A DNA stretch of 64,000 nucleotides from IMG/VR virus record IMGVR_UViG_3300047462_000120; one strand, written 5' to 3'. The DNA is from a virus. Positions within the stretch are counted from its first letter, which is position 1. Each line of letters starts with the position of its first letter. The notes below the pieces were generated by a model. It saw nothing but the letters and a program-made list of their open reading frames with translations, was not told the origin of the DNA and did no database searches. Below are positions 9,137 through 19,400 of the stretch, in pieces. The translations under genes were made by a program, and so were the position numbers.

Positions 9137-10165
9137 ATGCTGGATTTCGGCAAATACGATTTGATAATCGACGCGCGGAGCGAGCGCGAGTTTCAAGAAG
9201 ACCATATTCCCGGCGCGGTGAATTTACCCGTCGCAAATACAGATGAATATGCTGAAGTCGGCACTCTCCATCGAACTGACAAGATGGCGGCGTACAAGAT
9301 CGGCGTTGAATATTCGCTGAAAAATATTGCGCGACATCTCGCCGAAACAATCTCCAAATACGACAACGACACGAAAATTCTGGTTTACTGCTTTCGCGGT
9401 GGAAAGCGAAGCAAGTTGTGGTTTGATAATTTGGAGACAATTGGCTACGACGTTGATAGGCTCAAGGGCGGCTGGAAGGCTTATCGTCACTGGGTCAATG
9501 ACAACCTGACGATCCTTCCCACACAGTTTTGCTATCGTGTTCTGTATGGCCCAACTGGGTGCGGCAAGACACGCTTACTGAAAGCAATCGAATCCGCTGG
9601 TGGACAAGTGCTTGAATTGGAAGGCTTGGCTAGGCACAACGGCTCTGTGCTTGGCGCAATTCCGGGCGTGGAACAGCCAAGCCAAAAGTATTTCGATTCT
9701 TTGCTGAATGCGCGTCTACGACAATTCGACACAAACCGTCCGGTTTGGATCGAATCTGAAAGCAAGAAGATCGGGAGAGTTCAATTGCCAGAGGCATTGC
9801 TTTCGACAATGCGACTTGGATCACCAATCCGAATTGAAGCCTCGATGAATGATCGAGTGCAGCTTTGGCGTGAGGACTATCGCCATTTTGAAGAAGACCC
9901 CCAAGCCATGCTTGAACAATTGAAACACCTTCGCCAATTTGTCGGCGGCGAAGAATTCACAGTGTGGCAAGAACTGGCAGACCGGCACGCAATGCCCGAA
10001 CTATTTGAGCGGCTAATGAAGAACCACTATGATCCATCATATCGTCGTTCAATACTGCGGCATTATCCTAAAATCGACAATTCGCACATGATGGAACTAC
10101 ACGACCTTTCACCGGCGGGCCTGAAATGGTCAGCCGAAAATTTACTGAAGACTTTCGAGAGATGA
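9137..10165 (+). CDS. mnmH: tRNA 2-selenouridine synthase / geranyltransferase (MnmH/SelU)
   Basis: Rhodanese domain (IIDARSEREFQEDHIPGAVNLPV, YCFRGGKRS, LKGGWKAYR), P-loop GPTGCGKT, LELEGLARHNGSVLG, QPSQKYFD, VWIESESKKIG. Confidence 0.95.
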   Translation: MLDFGKYDLIIDARSEREFQEDHIPGAVNLPVANTDEYAEVGTLHRTDKMAAYKIGVEYSLKNIARHLAETISKYDNDTKILVYCFRGGKRSKLWFDNLETIGYDVDRLKGGWKAYRHWVNDNLTILPTQFCYRVLYGPTGCGKTRLLKAIESAGGQVLELEGLARHNGSVLGAIPGVEQPSQKYFDSLLNARLRQFDTNRPVWIESESKKIGRVQLPEALLSTMRLGSPIRIEASMNDRVQLWREDYRHFEEDPQAMLEQLKHLRQFVGGEEFTVWQELADRHAMPELFERLMKNHYDPSYRRSILRHYPKIDNSHMMELHDLSPAGLKWSAENLLKTFER

Positions 10166-11287
10166 TCTGAATCTGTCTTTCGACGGTTTCCGCGCTATCG
10201 AACGGGCGAGCACTCCTGACCCTATGCAATTCGCCTGATTCTCTAACGAGTCGCGCAACTCTACGTTGTCTAGCCAAGTCGTAAGCCTACACGACATGAT
10301 TCGGTTAAATAGTCTTGGAACGAGAGCGACGAGGAACATGATGGGATACCCTGCTGGCAGGGTTAATCCACCTTGAATTCCTGTAAGTTTGTAATAAGGT
10401 AGGCCGATCTTCATGTGATGCTGCGCATGAAACGCATGATTCAATGTGACACAAGCCTGCATCCAACATCCGTCATCCCAGGAATAGCCAAAATCGCCCA
10501 GTTCTGGCGTATCGCGTTCCGACAATCCCCAGTGTTGGAGATATGTAATTCCTTGAATAGTAAAGGCGGTACCGACAATCTCGAATCCGTATATTGCCAG
10601 CCCTATCCAGCCTGCAAAGTAATAAAAACAAAGTGCAACGAAGAGAGTGATTGAAGATTTATGCAAGAGGCGATTTGACCACCATTTCTTGCCCAAACGA
10701 CGCAAACGGCTGGCCTCATATTCCGAAGCATTGCGATGGGAGCGCCAATAACGCATCCACGCGTATTGATAGATCGATTCCCCTGGAATAGCTGCGTCGC
10801 CGTCGATAGCATGGCCGCTTCGCGCGTGATGGCTCAAATGTTCCTCAGCAAAATGGAAGTACCCAACCGTCGCATCCATCAAAACGCCCAACGATCTATC
10901 ATTGGCCGTGCGTGTGTGGATCAACTCATGGGCAATTGCCGTGTTTAGTGAGCAAATGATCCACAATCCCATCGCGAAACCGAAGTAACCCAATGCGCTC
11001 ATTCGCACTGTCGCCAAAAGCCAGATTGCCCAAACAAGGGTGACGAACCATCCCAAGACATACAACCTGGGAACGGCATGCAGATATATTTCAAGCCACT
11101 TTGACATCTGGCTGTTGGGCGGGGATTTGTCGTTTCCGACGAAGGATCGAACCAGCGGCAACACTACAAAAAAGACAACTACCGAAAGCCAAGGAAAATT
11201 CAGATATGTGCCAACAACAAGCGCAAGTTGTGGCACCAATGAGAGTAAATATCCGGCATTTTTAACCGCCGTGCTTTCCATCTTCAT
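10142..11287 (-). CDS. AlkB-like membrane di-iron hydroxylase / fatty-acid desaturase family protein
   Basis: Several TM helices; His boxes AHELIH, EHLSHH, YLQHWGL, NHAFHAQHH; LPAGYP. Confidence 0.85.
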   Translation of the reverse strand: MKMESTAVKNAGYLLSLVPQLALVVGTYLNFPWLSVVVFFVVLPLVRSFVGNDKSPPNSQMSKWLEIYLHAVPRLYVLGWFVTLVWAIWLLATVRMSALGYFGFAMGLWIICSLNTAIAHELIHTRTANDRSLGVLMDATVGYFHFAEEHLSHHARSGHAIDGDAAIPGESIYQYAWMRYWRSHRNASEYEASRLRRLGKKWWSNRLLHKSSITLFVALCFYYFAGWIGLAIYGFEIVGTAFTIQGITYLQHWGLSERDTPELGDFGYSWDDGCWMQACVTLNHAFHAQHHMKIGLPYYKLTGIQGGLTLPAGYPIMFLVALVPRLFNRIMSCRLTTWLDNVELRDSLENQANCIGSGVLARSIARKPSKDRFRSSLESLQ

Positions 11288-11308
11288 GCGTCCCCTCCAG
11301 CGATGGGG

Positions 11309-12043
11309 TTAGCCTAGCAATCCAACTGCATCAGCTTCGGACACCGCCCTTTCAATACGTTCGACGTTAAATTTTTCTTTGATCGAATTCAGCTTCCGAT
11401 ATGCGGCACCGATTTTAATATCAAAGTGGGCAGCAATTTCGGCAGCGCCGCTTCCTTTTTTTGACAACTGAAGTATTTCGACTTCTTCCTCGACCAAGCT
11501 GAACCTTCTCATCGCTTGGCTTTTTAGCCGATTAATCCACCACAACAAAAGTTCAAGACCGAGTGCGCCAAACTGTACACGATTCTTGAGCAAAATGGGT
11601 TCACCGATTTCTTGCTCAAGTTCCGAGCCTATGTATAGCAGCCCCATTCGCTTGCTTGCAGCCATGCTTGTGTGCGTCGGCACCACAAGGCCACTTCTGA
11701 AACCATGTTGAGCACTGACCCTCATAATTTCAGCCTGTCCACTTGTCTGAACTTTTACCTTGGAGCCGACAATTGGCGCAGTGTTTGACCGAGCATACTC
11801 GAAGAATGGATCATTCAGCATCCAATTTCGCTTTTTATATATTGCGCACAATTCGGCGCTACATCCAATAAAAAAGCGATAGCTGCCGTCGATAGCAATA
11901 CTTGCTTCACTTTCTGCGGGCAAAGATGTAGTATAGACGTACCAATTTGCGCCAAGCATTTCTACAATTTTTTTAGTTAGTTCAAGTGCCTCCTGCTCAG
12001 TCGTACAATGAGCAAGTTCACCTATCGCTTCGATAGCATCCAT
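11309..12043 (-). CDS. LuxR-family regulator (autoinducer-binding domain plus HTH), LuxR solo
   Basis: Y...W..NDP, GFRSGLVVPTH, C-terminal EVEILQL..G..AAEIA HTH. Likely ATG at 12043 (the track starts at 12118). Stop is 22 bp from the next start. Confidence 0.85.
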   Translation of the reverse strand: MDAIEAIGELAHCTTEQEALELTKKIVEMLGANWYVYTTSLPAESEASIAIDGSYRFFIGCSAELCAIYKKRNWMLNDPFFEYARSNTAPIVGSKVKVQTSGQAEIMRVSAQHGFRSGLVVPTHTSMAASKRMGLLYIGSELEQEIGEPILLKNRVQFGALGLELLLWWINRLKSQAMRRFSLVEEEVEILQLSKKGSGAAEIAAHFDIKIGAAYRKLNSIKEKFNVERIERAVSEADAVGLLG

Positions 12044-12193
12044 TAGATTCAAATTCTCTCTGATTTTCCCTGCATCTTGTCTTACGAACCTAAATAGAGG
12101 TTTTGTGCATCGACGCATTGCCAGGGATAGTTATTGACCTTCTTAGTTATTCCTCTCTTTGAATTAATGGAATAGATGAATTAATACACATCA

Positions 12194-12472
12194 CTAATAT
12201 ATTTCTTCGTCTTCGTCACAGGCATAGAACATGGGTTTGCCACACCCGCTGCACTTGCTGCGGATTGCCGCGACGCGCTCGCTATGATCCGCATTTTTTG
12301 GTGTTACCACGTAGGCACCATGTTCACAGTGCTCGCATACGACGAGCGTTAATTGGAATAGCCCTGAACAATTCTCGCACTCAACTTCGTGCAACTCATC
12401 TTTCGCCAAAAGTTCCCAATCGTCTTCGTATTCCTTATTGCAATGGGGGCAGCAATAATCCGTATTCTCCAT
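12194..12472 (-). CDS. Small zinc-ribbon protein (four CxxC motifs)
   Basis: CPHC, CENC, CEHC, CSGC; GAGG RBS upstream of the ATG. Confidence 0.7.
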   Translation of the reverse strand: MENTDYCCPHCNKEYEDDWELLAKDELHEVECENCSGLFQLTLVVCEHCEHGAYVVTPKNADHSERVAAIRSKCSGCGKPMFYACDEDEEIY

Positions 12473-12697
12473 CTGACTTCCTCAATTTTTTTGATACCCG
12501 CATTGAAATATACAAGCCGGGAAACAATGGTCAGCAAAACGTTTTCCTGCAAAACGCCACGCATCACACCTTTCGTGGCCGATTTTGTCAAGATGATGAA
12601 CGTATCAGCCTTGCCGTCTTGCTAATTTCATTGAAGTGATCAGAGGAGTTGCCTCAACGCAATTCCCCATCCACTAGTGACATCTATTCCATTCATG

Positions 12698-12760
12698 AAA
12701 TGACACTTATACAAGTCATTTCCACCCAATGTACCACGAAAAACAATAATGACACTTATT
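12698..12760. promoter_or_regulatory. Operator-like repeats upstream of the XRE gene
   Basis: AATGACACTTAT occurs twice (about 12699 and 12748); AAATGAC...GTCATTT forms an inverted repeat. Confidence 0.4.
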
Positions 12761-12820
12761 CAGGGTCGTCTTATAGAGGGCTGATATCTAACATCGTCGG
12801 CTTTGGGTGTTGCGAATTCG

Positions 12821-13051
12821 ATGGAAACTGTTGAACAGCTTTGCCAAGCATTTGGCAAGAATCTGGCTAAGATCAGAAAGCGCCAGGGCTGGACACAGCT
12901 AAATTTGGCAAACGAAAGTGGCCTCGCCAGAAGCTATATCGGCGATATCGAGCGTGGCATCCGCAATCCCTCCCTATTCAATATCTGCAAACTTGCAGAT
13001 ACATTGCATATTGACGTAATCGAATTGATGCAATTTCGGAAAAAAGACTGA
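12821..13051 (+). CDS. XRE-family HTH regulator (controller C-protein-like)
   Basis: FGKNLAKIRKRQGWTQLNLANESGLARSYIGDIERGIRNPSLFNICKLADTL. Confidence 0.9.
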   Translation: METVEQLCQAFGKNLAKIRKRQGWTQLNLANESGLARSYIGDIERGIRNPSLFNICKLADTLHIDVIELMQFRKKD

Positions 13052-13065
13052 AGCCCCTAGCAGAC

Positions 13066-13428
13066 CTAGTAAAACGTCTTCGCCCAAACGTTTTTTAAGC
13101 CCTGACCAATGCCCTTGTATCCCGCCATCATTTCATCAAGCGATGGCTTGGACGACATGCTGTCTGTGCTAGTCAATCCTAGCGCTTTCGCTGCCGTGTA
13201 CGCCGGTATTGCCAACGCCAGCGAAATCGGCGCTAGGACTGGATTACTTTCTGTCCATTCGCGCGCAAATGCCTGATGCTCCGCTGGCGCCAGCGCATTT
13301 TGTGCGTTCTGATTGCCGTCCGCTTGGTCGCGCATTCGATACAAGTCTGCATGCGACATATTGCCCAGGTCGGTAGTGCTGATATTGCCCGACACGCCTC
13401 CCGGCGTGCCGATTACTTGATCTGCCAT
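13066..13428 (-). CDS. Phage hypothetical protein
   Basis: 120 aa, starts 2 nt after the giant gene's stop; motif APAEHQAFARE..NP..AIPAY. Confidence 0.75.
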   Translation of the reverse strand: MADQVIGTPGGVSGNISTTDLGNMSHADLYRMRDQADGNQNAQNALAPAEHQAFAREWTESNPVLAPISLALAIPAYTAAKALGLTSTDSMSSKPSLDEMMAGYKGIGQGLKNVWAKTFY

Positions 13429-13430
13429 GT

Positions 13431-16400
13431 TTATACCTCAGAAAGTTCGCGATGGACTGCCGCTTTCAACGCCTTCGGCGCGGTCTTTTGCGTGCGATCC
13501 AATGCTGACATCCGCATTTCCTGCACGCGCTTTACCACGGCAGGCATGCTGATGATGATCGGCGTGTCCGGGTTCTTTGCATTCCAGTCGTCGCGCATCT
13601 TGCGCGCATCGTTGACCATTTCCTTGTCGCCGGATGCCAAGCCTTGCGCCCATTGTTCCTGAATCTCTTTCGATGCCATCTTGGTCTGCCCCACGACATC
13701 GCGGGCCTGTTCGTCGGCATCCTTGACGCGATCGGTACTGTTGGGCTGGAAGCCGATCATCTTCATTACGGATTCGGTCGGCATAACGGCATTGACCTTG
13801 TAGCCGCGATCATCGCGATAGATTCCGGTATTGAGCATATCGGCCCCCTTCTGGATGTTGCGCAACGATGCTGGTAACAAGTCGCTCGCTGCGTCCAATA
13901 CCTTGCCATCGGCCAGCTTGTTGCCTGAATCGAAGGCGCGCTTGGCAAGGTCTGCAACCGGGCCAAAGACATCAGCGACATCGCTTGCATGCGAATCCTT
14001 CTTGACCAGAAAGCCAGTGCCGGGAACCAGTTTGCCAAGGCCAAAACGACCGGCCACGTCAATCGGCACACCTGGCAGTCCAGACAGGCCATGCAAGGCA
14101 ACATCAGAGCCATCCTGCCCCAAGGCATTGATCAGGAATTCCTGCTTTTCGCGCTTGCTGCTGAAGTTATAACCCATGCGCTGCAAGATGCCGTCGATGA
14201 CATCTTCCGCATCCTGTTCAAACGGCAAACCGTTCACACCACCGAGCAACATCAGGACAGCGGCCATCGTCATCGCACCTTTTCGTCCAGCAGTGCGTTC
14301 CGGCGATCCCGGTTCACCCGCCGTCGCCATACGTGACAGCAATTCCAAGTTGCTGATGCTAAATTGCTTGAAGGTCATCGCCAAGCCGCCGATAGTTGTG
14401 CGTCCCCATGTTGGCTTATTACCGGCGTTATAGACGCCTTGTGTGGCGGATACGGCATCGGCGGCGAACTTTTCGGGATTCGCAATACCTTCTTCAATCG
14501 CAGTCTTATATGCGGCAATGAAGGTGACCCGGCGATTGGTCAACTCGGCCATTGAGAACAACTTACCCCAACCGAGCGATATTTTCGACATGGTATTGCC
14601 GATTGCGGCCTTGGTATCACCGAATTTCGTGCCGTCGCCAGATTGCAATACGCCCTTGCCGTTGGCCTGCGCTTTCAACTGGTGAATTTCCTGCGGCGAC
14701 ACAATGCCCTCATCAGTCGCCCACTTCATCGCGGCATCCAGCTTGGCGTCGCCGGTTGTTTTCTTGCCAGCCAAACGCACCGCATCTAGCATACGCGCTG
14801 CCGATTTTCCTACCCCGCCGTATTGACTCAAATAGGGGAAGGCCATCGTGAAAGGCTGCGTCAAGTTGACCATTGCCGACGCGACCGAACCGCCCAGGTA
14901 TTGCGCGAACATCAAACCGCCCAAGGCAGAACCACCACCCTGCGGATTCTTGATATGTTCGGCCAGATTGACGGCAGCATCCTTTAATTCGCCATGATGC
15001 TTTGGAATCGCCTCGATCGCGTCGTTCAATTCGCCCATGTGGGCATTCATGGCGGTCAACTTGGAATTGGAATACAGGAAGCCAGCCAGCACGCGCCCTG
15101 AATCCTCGCTGAAGCCAGCGATACCCTTACGCTGGATCAGGCGTTTCATGGCGCTGCGATTGTTCTTCGCCAGCTTCAAATACGCTTGATAAGCTTCGTT
15201 GCCCGCCGCATCGTTGTTGTCCAAGCCAAGCATCGCGCCAAACAATTCAACGGTTTCCGGCGATACGCCTTGGAACAACTTATACGACTCTTTCGACATC
15301 GTACCGTGCGTGATCGTTGCATGCGGGTAGTTGGCACGCATTTGCCGTGCCATCTTTGCGGCTTCGGCCTTGTCTTCAAACATGCCAAAGTATTTTTCTT
15401 CACCACCTTGCGACACATAGACCGTGTAATCGCCGTAGCGGGACAGTGGCGCATAACCGCGATCGATCAAGTTTTGCGCTTTGTCGGATTTGGCAATCAT
15501 TTGGCTTGCCGTCTCCAAGTGCGAGTTTGCGCGATCTGGATTGCTCTTTGCCAGTTCCATGAAATGATCACGCAGCATTTCGCCCGCCTTATCAACGCTT
15601 CCGGTAGCCATTGTCGCATCGAGCATGCCCTCAGCGTCTTGACCGCCAAATTTCACCATGTCGCTGATTGCAAGATTCCTGATGCTGCGGTCTGTCGCCG
15701 CGCGGAACTCTTGATACATGCCGATTTGTTTGTCGTTCAGGCCGAAAATCGAGCGCAGTTCTTCCGGCTTCCAGACGATACCGCCTTGCAGCTCCGATTG
15801 CTCGAAACGGTCATTAATCGTGCTGTCATATTCGTCCTTTGGCAGCGCGAGCCAGCGCTTGTTTTGATCGTCGTCAATTGTCGCCTTGCGCAGCAGAACT
15901 TGGGCTTTCTGCGCGACTGACAAGGTTTTTGCAGCTTCTTCCATGTCAGCCAGCTTCAACGGCTTACCATCTATGCCACGCGCCCAGGTCAACGTCCCTT
16001 CAAAGATGGGCGCGGCGATCGCCTTGGTATCGGCTGGAGACAATGGCGACTTCCTCCAGATATCGGACATTTGCTCCAGCTTCGGAATGATCGTCGGTGC
16101 GAGGTCTGCCGCTTCATTGGCGTATGTCGAAACGTCACCAATGAAATTCTGCACGCGATCGTAGACCGCCTTGAACAACGGGCTGCGTGCGGCGAGGTTG
16201 TATTGCGTGCCGATGGTCTTATGCCACCAGTTCAGCTTACCGGCATCGTTGAATAGGTCACCAATGACATAATCAGCAGGCAAGCGTACCTCTTTGATGC
16301 TATTCCCGGCTTGGGTCAGAGCGTCGCCTAACGACCGTTTGTAGAGGTTACGGTCGGACGAAAAGTCGCCCTCAGACGGCGACGTGCGCTGACCGAGCGC

Positions 16401-19400
16401 ATCGCGACTCTGCTTCAGGAGGTAATAGAGGTCGGCATCCGTGCCATACGACAGATTCGGGAAGCCGTGCGCACGCAACCAGCTTCGCAGCATGCCGAGG
16501 AATGACTGAATCTTTGTGCGCAGTGTTGGCCTGTCTTCCGCGATATGCGCTAGTAGCTCGCTCATCATCGTGCTGATGTGCTGCTCGCTAGTGTCGCCGT
16601 GTTCGTTTGCCGATGCCGCGTGGTATTCGCTCAAGTCGATGCCGTGACGATTGGCGATATCGTTCAAGCCCCTCATCCCGCCAATAGCATGAAACAGGTC
16701 ATTCATACGTTGATCAAGGTACGGGCCAAACAACTTGTTAAATCCCTGATGGCCGTACAATTCATGAAGCAGCGTCTGTTCAAACTGCTTCGCGGTCGTG
16801 TGTTGATCCCGCACCACATAAACGGTGTTATCAGCGTGTACACCATCTATGGCATTTTCGGCATTGTCACGGATCGCCGCGTCCGTGATGAACTTCGGCA
16901 AATCGTGGAAGCTGTCTACAACGCGGATACTTGTACCAGCGAGTCCATTTTTAAAGCTGCTGACCACACCGCCAACAATTTTATCTGCGTCAGACCTACT
17001 GATCGTTGCACCTTCGCGATACGTCCCGGCGTTTGCGTCCGCGCTTTGACGCGAATACAATACCGGCGCGTCGCCGCTGGCATTGACTCCCTCATTGAGC
17101 GCAGCAGCTTGTTGCGCATTCGTTGCTTCTGGCAATGGAACATCATTTTGCAGCGGGTCGCCTTCTTTGGCTTGCGCTGCCTTATCCTGAGACAGTTCTT
17201 GGATTACTTGCTCCAGGCGCGCATTCTTGGCGTCGAGTTCGTCTTGCTTCGCAAATACGCCGCCCCTGCGTGCTTCCAAGTCTGGCAGGCTCGCCTTAGC
17301 CGTCTTCAGTTGCTTCTCCGCATCAGCTACATTATTCTTTCGCAGAGTGATATCGAGGTCGTTGTCTAGCGTCGATATCGCCATGCGCATGCCGCTCGTC
17401 GAATATGCTTCCAACGGATTTGTCTGTCCAGACGCCAAGGTAGAGCCATCCGGTCGCAACACTGCAAGCGTCGTGATATTGTAATCCGTCCAGTTCTTGC
17501 TATAGGTTGCTTCCAGAGGCAATCCCAAATAGCTGCCAAGCTGTTCAGTAATTTCCTTGTCTTTCATCATGCCGACCGTTTTTTTCGCGGCTTGCTCCGC
17601 AATATAACGCGCAGCATCCGTCCTGCCGATGTACTTGTCGCCGTCCATCGTCATTTCAAAATCGGCGGCATCTCCGAAGGCATGCGACACCTCTTCCATG
17701 TAGCTCGTTTGCGATGCCTTACGCTTACCATTGATGGCAATCGAGAACTTGGCATCCTCATCGCCCGCCTGTTGCTCCTTTTGCGCGGCATACGCGGCCT
17801 TTTTCGCCTCCTCAGCGGTGTAATAGGTCTTTCCTTCCACTTCAATCTTGCGCTCGGCAACTTTGTCTGACTGGTCAGTGAAAGCACGTTGCAGCATGTC
17901 GAGGTCTGCCCGCTGCTTCGCAATGATCGACGGCATGTTTTTGATATCACGCTGCGCGTCTTCGATCTGCGTGATAATTCCCCATTCCTTACGTGCGTGC
18001 TGACGCTTCAGCAGTTCAAGGCCGTCAATTTCCGACATCAACTTAACACGCTCAAGCAGTAACGGATCACCGGATGCAAGTGCGGCCAGTTCCGCCATAC
18101 TGACAGACGAATCATCCTCAAAATCCATTGAGAATTGCCCGTTGTAGTGACGAATACCATTGATCATCTTTAACTTGGACGCATTCAATGACCACATTTT
18201 CGCGTCAATCGTCCGCTCGGTCGCATAGGCTTTGATTGCCGCCTCGAATTTATCCATACCGTACTTCTCCAGCAAGCTGTTACCCTGGCGCTCGATCCGG
18301 CCTTCCCGTTGCTCAATGTCAGACGGCTTCCACGTCACATCAACGTGGTGCAGTCCAACCAGCCGTTGCTGAACATTTGTACCAGCACCCATACGCGGCG
18401 TCGAGCCGATCAACACGCGCGTAGTACCGTCATTAACGGAATCGAACAGCGCTTGCTTTTGCGCGTCGTTATTGGCCTCTTGAACAAAGCGGATTTCATT
18501 TGCCGGAATACCGCGCTTAATCAAGTTATCTTTGATTTGCTGGTAAGCGTTCCATCCACCATTCTGCGCGAGGCGCATCTCCTCCATCGCGTTCGGATCG
18601 TACTGTTCCAGGCTTTCACCGACACGGCGCAACGCTTCGTCGTCATTATTTGCCAGCGCTTTGCTCTGTTGCTGGAGCAACGCATCGTAGTTTTTGAGGG
18701 CGACAGCGTCTTCTCTCGCTTTCGGAACGGAGCGATCTAAGAAAACCAACTGCGTGCCGCGATCGGAATCCCATTGTTTATAGAGATTGTGAATTTCATC
18801 GGCAACGACATCCAGCTTTCCACCTTTTTCATCGCTTGGATTGCCTGGGTCTACGGCGCGCACGTCCAGCGATACCTTGCGTGCGCGATCCATCAGCTTC
18901 AGGCGCGCGATATTGCGCTCATACGGGTCATCGATCTTGGGAAGGTCATCGAATCCTGCAATGATGTTGTGCAGGAAAGCACTCTGTGCTGATGTGGGCT
19001 GGACAACGACAGATTCGCGGCCCCCGCCAGCTATCGTCGGAATAGGAAACTGCTCACCATTATTGTCTTCGGCATATGCCTTTTTGATGTCCTCGTTACT
19101 GACAGAATCCGTAAATCCGTTATACAAATCCATGAGCGAACGCATGTTCGACCATGTTCGGCCTAAGCGGTTGACTTCCTTCAGGCGTCCGGTTTCGTTA
19201 GGCTCCCATCCCGCATCCGTGGAGACAAATTGTGAGCGCCATGCGTCGAAGTGATCTAAACCAAGTTCGCTCAACTTATCGGCGGCGAGGTAGCGCATCA
19301 TGGTGTACATTTCCACCGCACTATTCGAGATCGGCGTGCCAGTAGCAAATGTGATTGTTCCTGTAGGCGACTCGCGCAGCACACGAATTTTGTTGTACAG

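Noticed and set aside
12349-12591. 80-aa minus-strand ORF overlapping the zinc-ribbon gene
   Set aside because: It overlaps a better-supported gene and has no motif or clear RBS.
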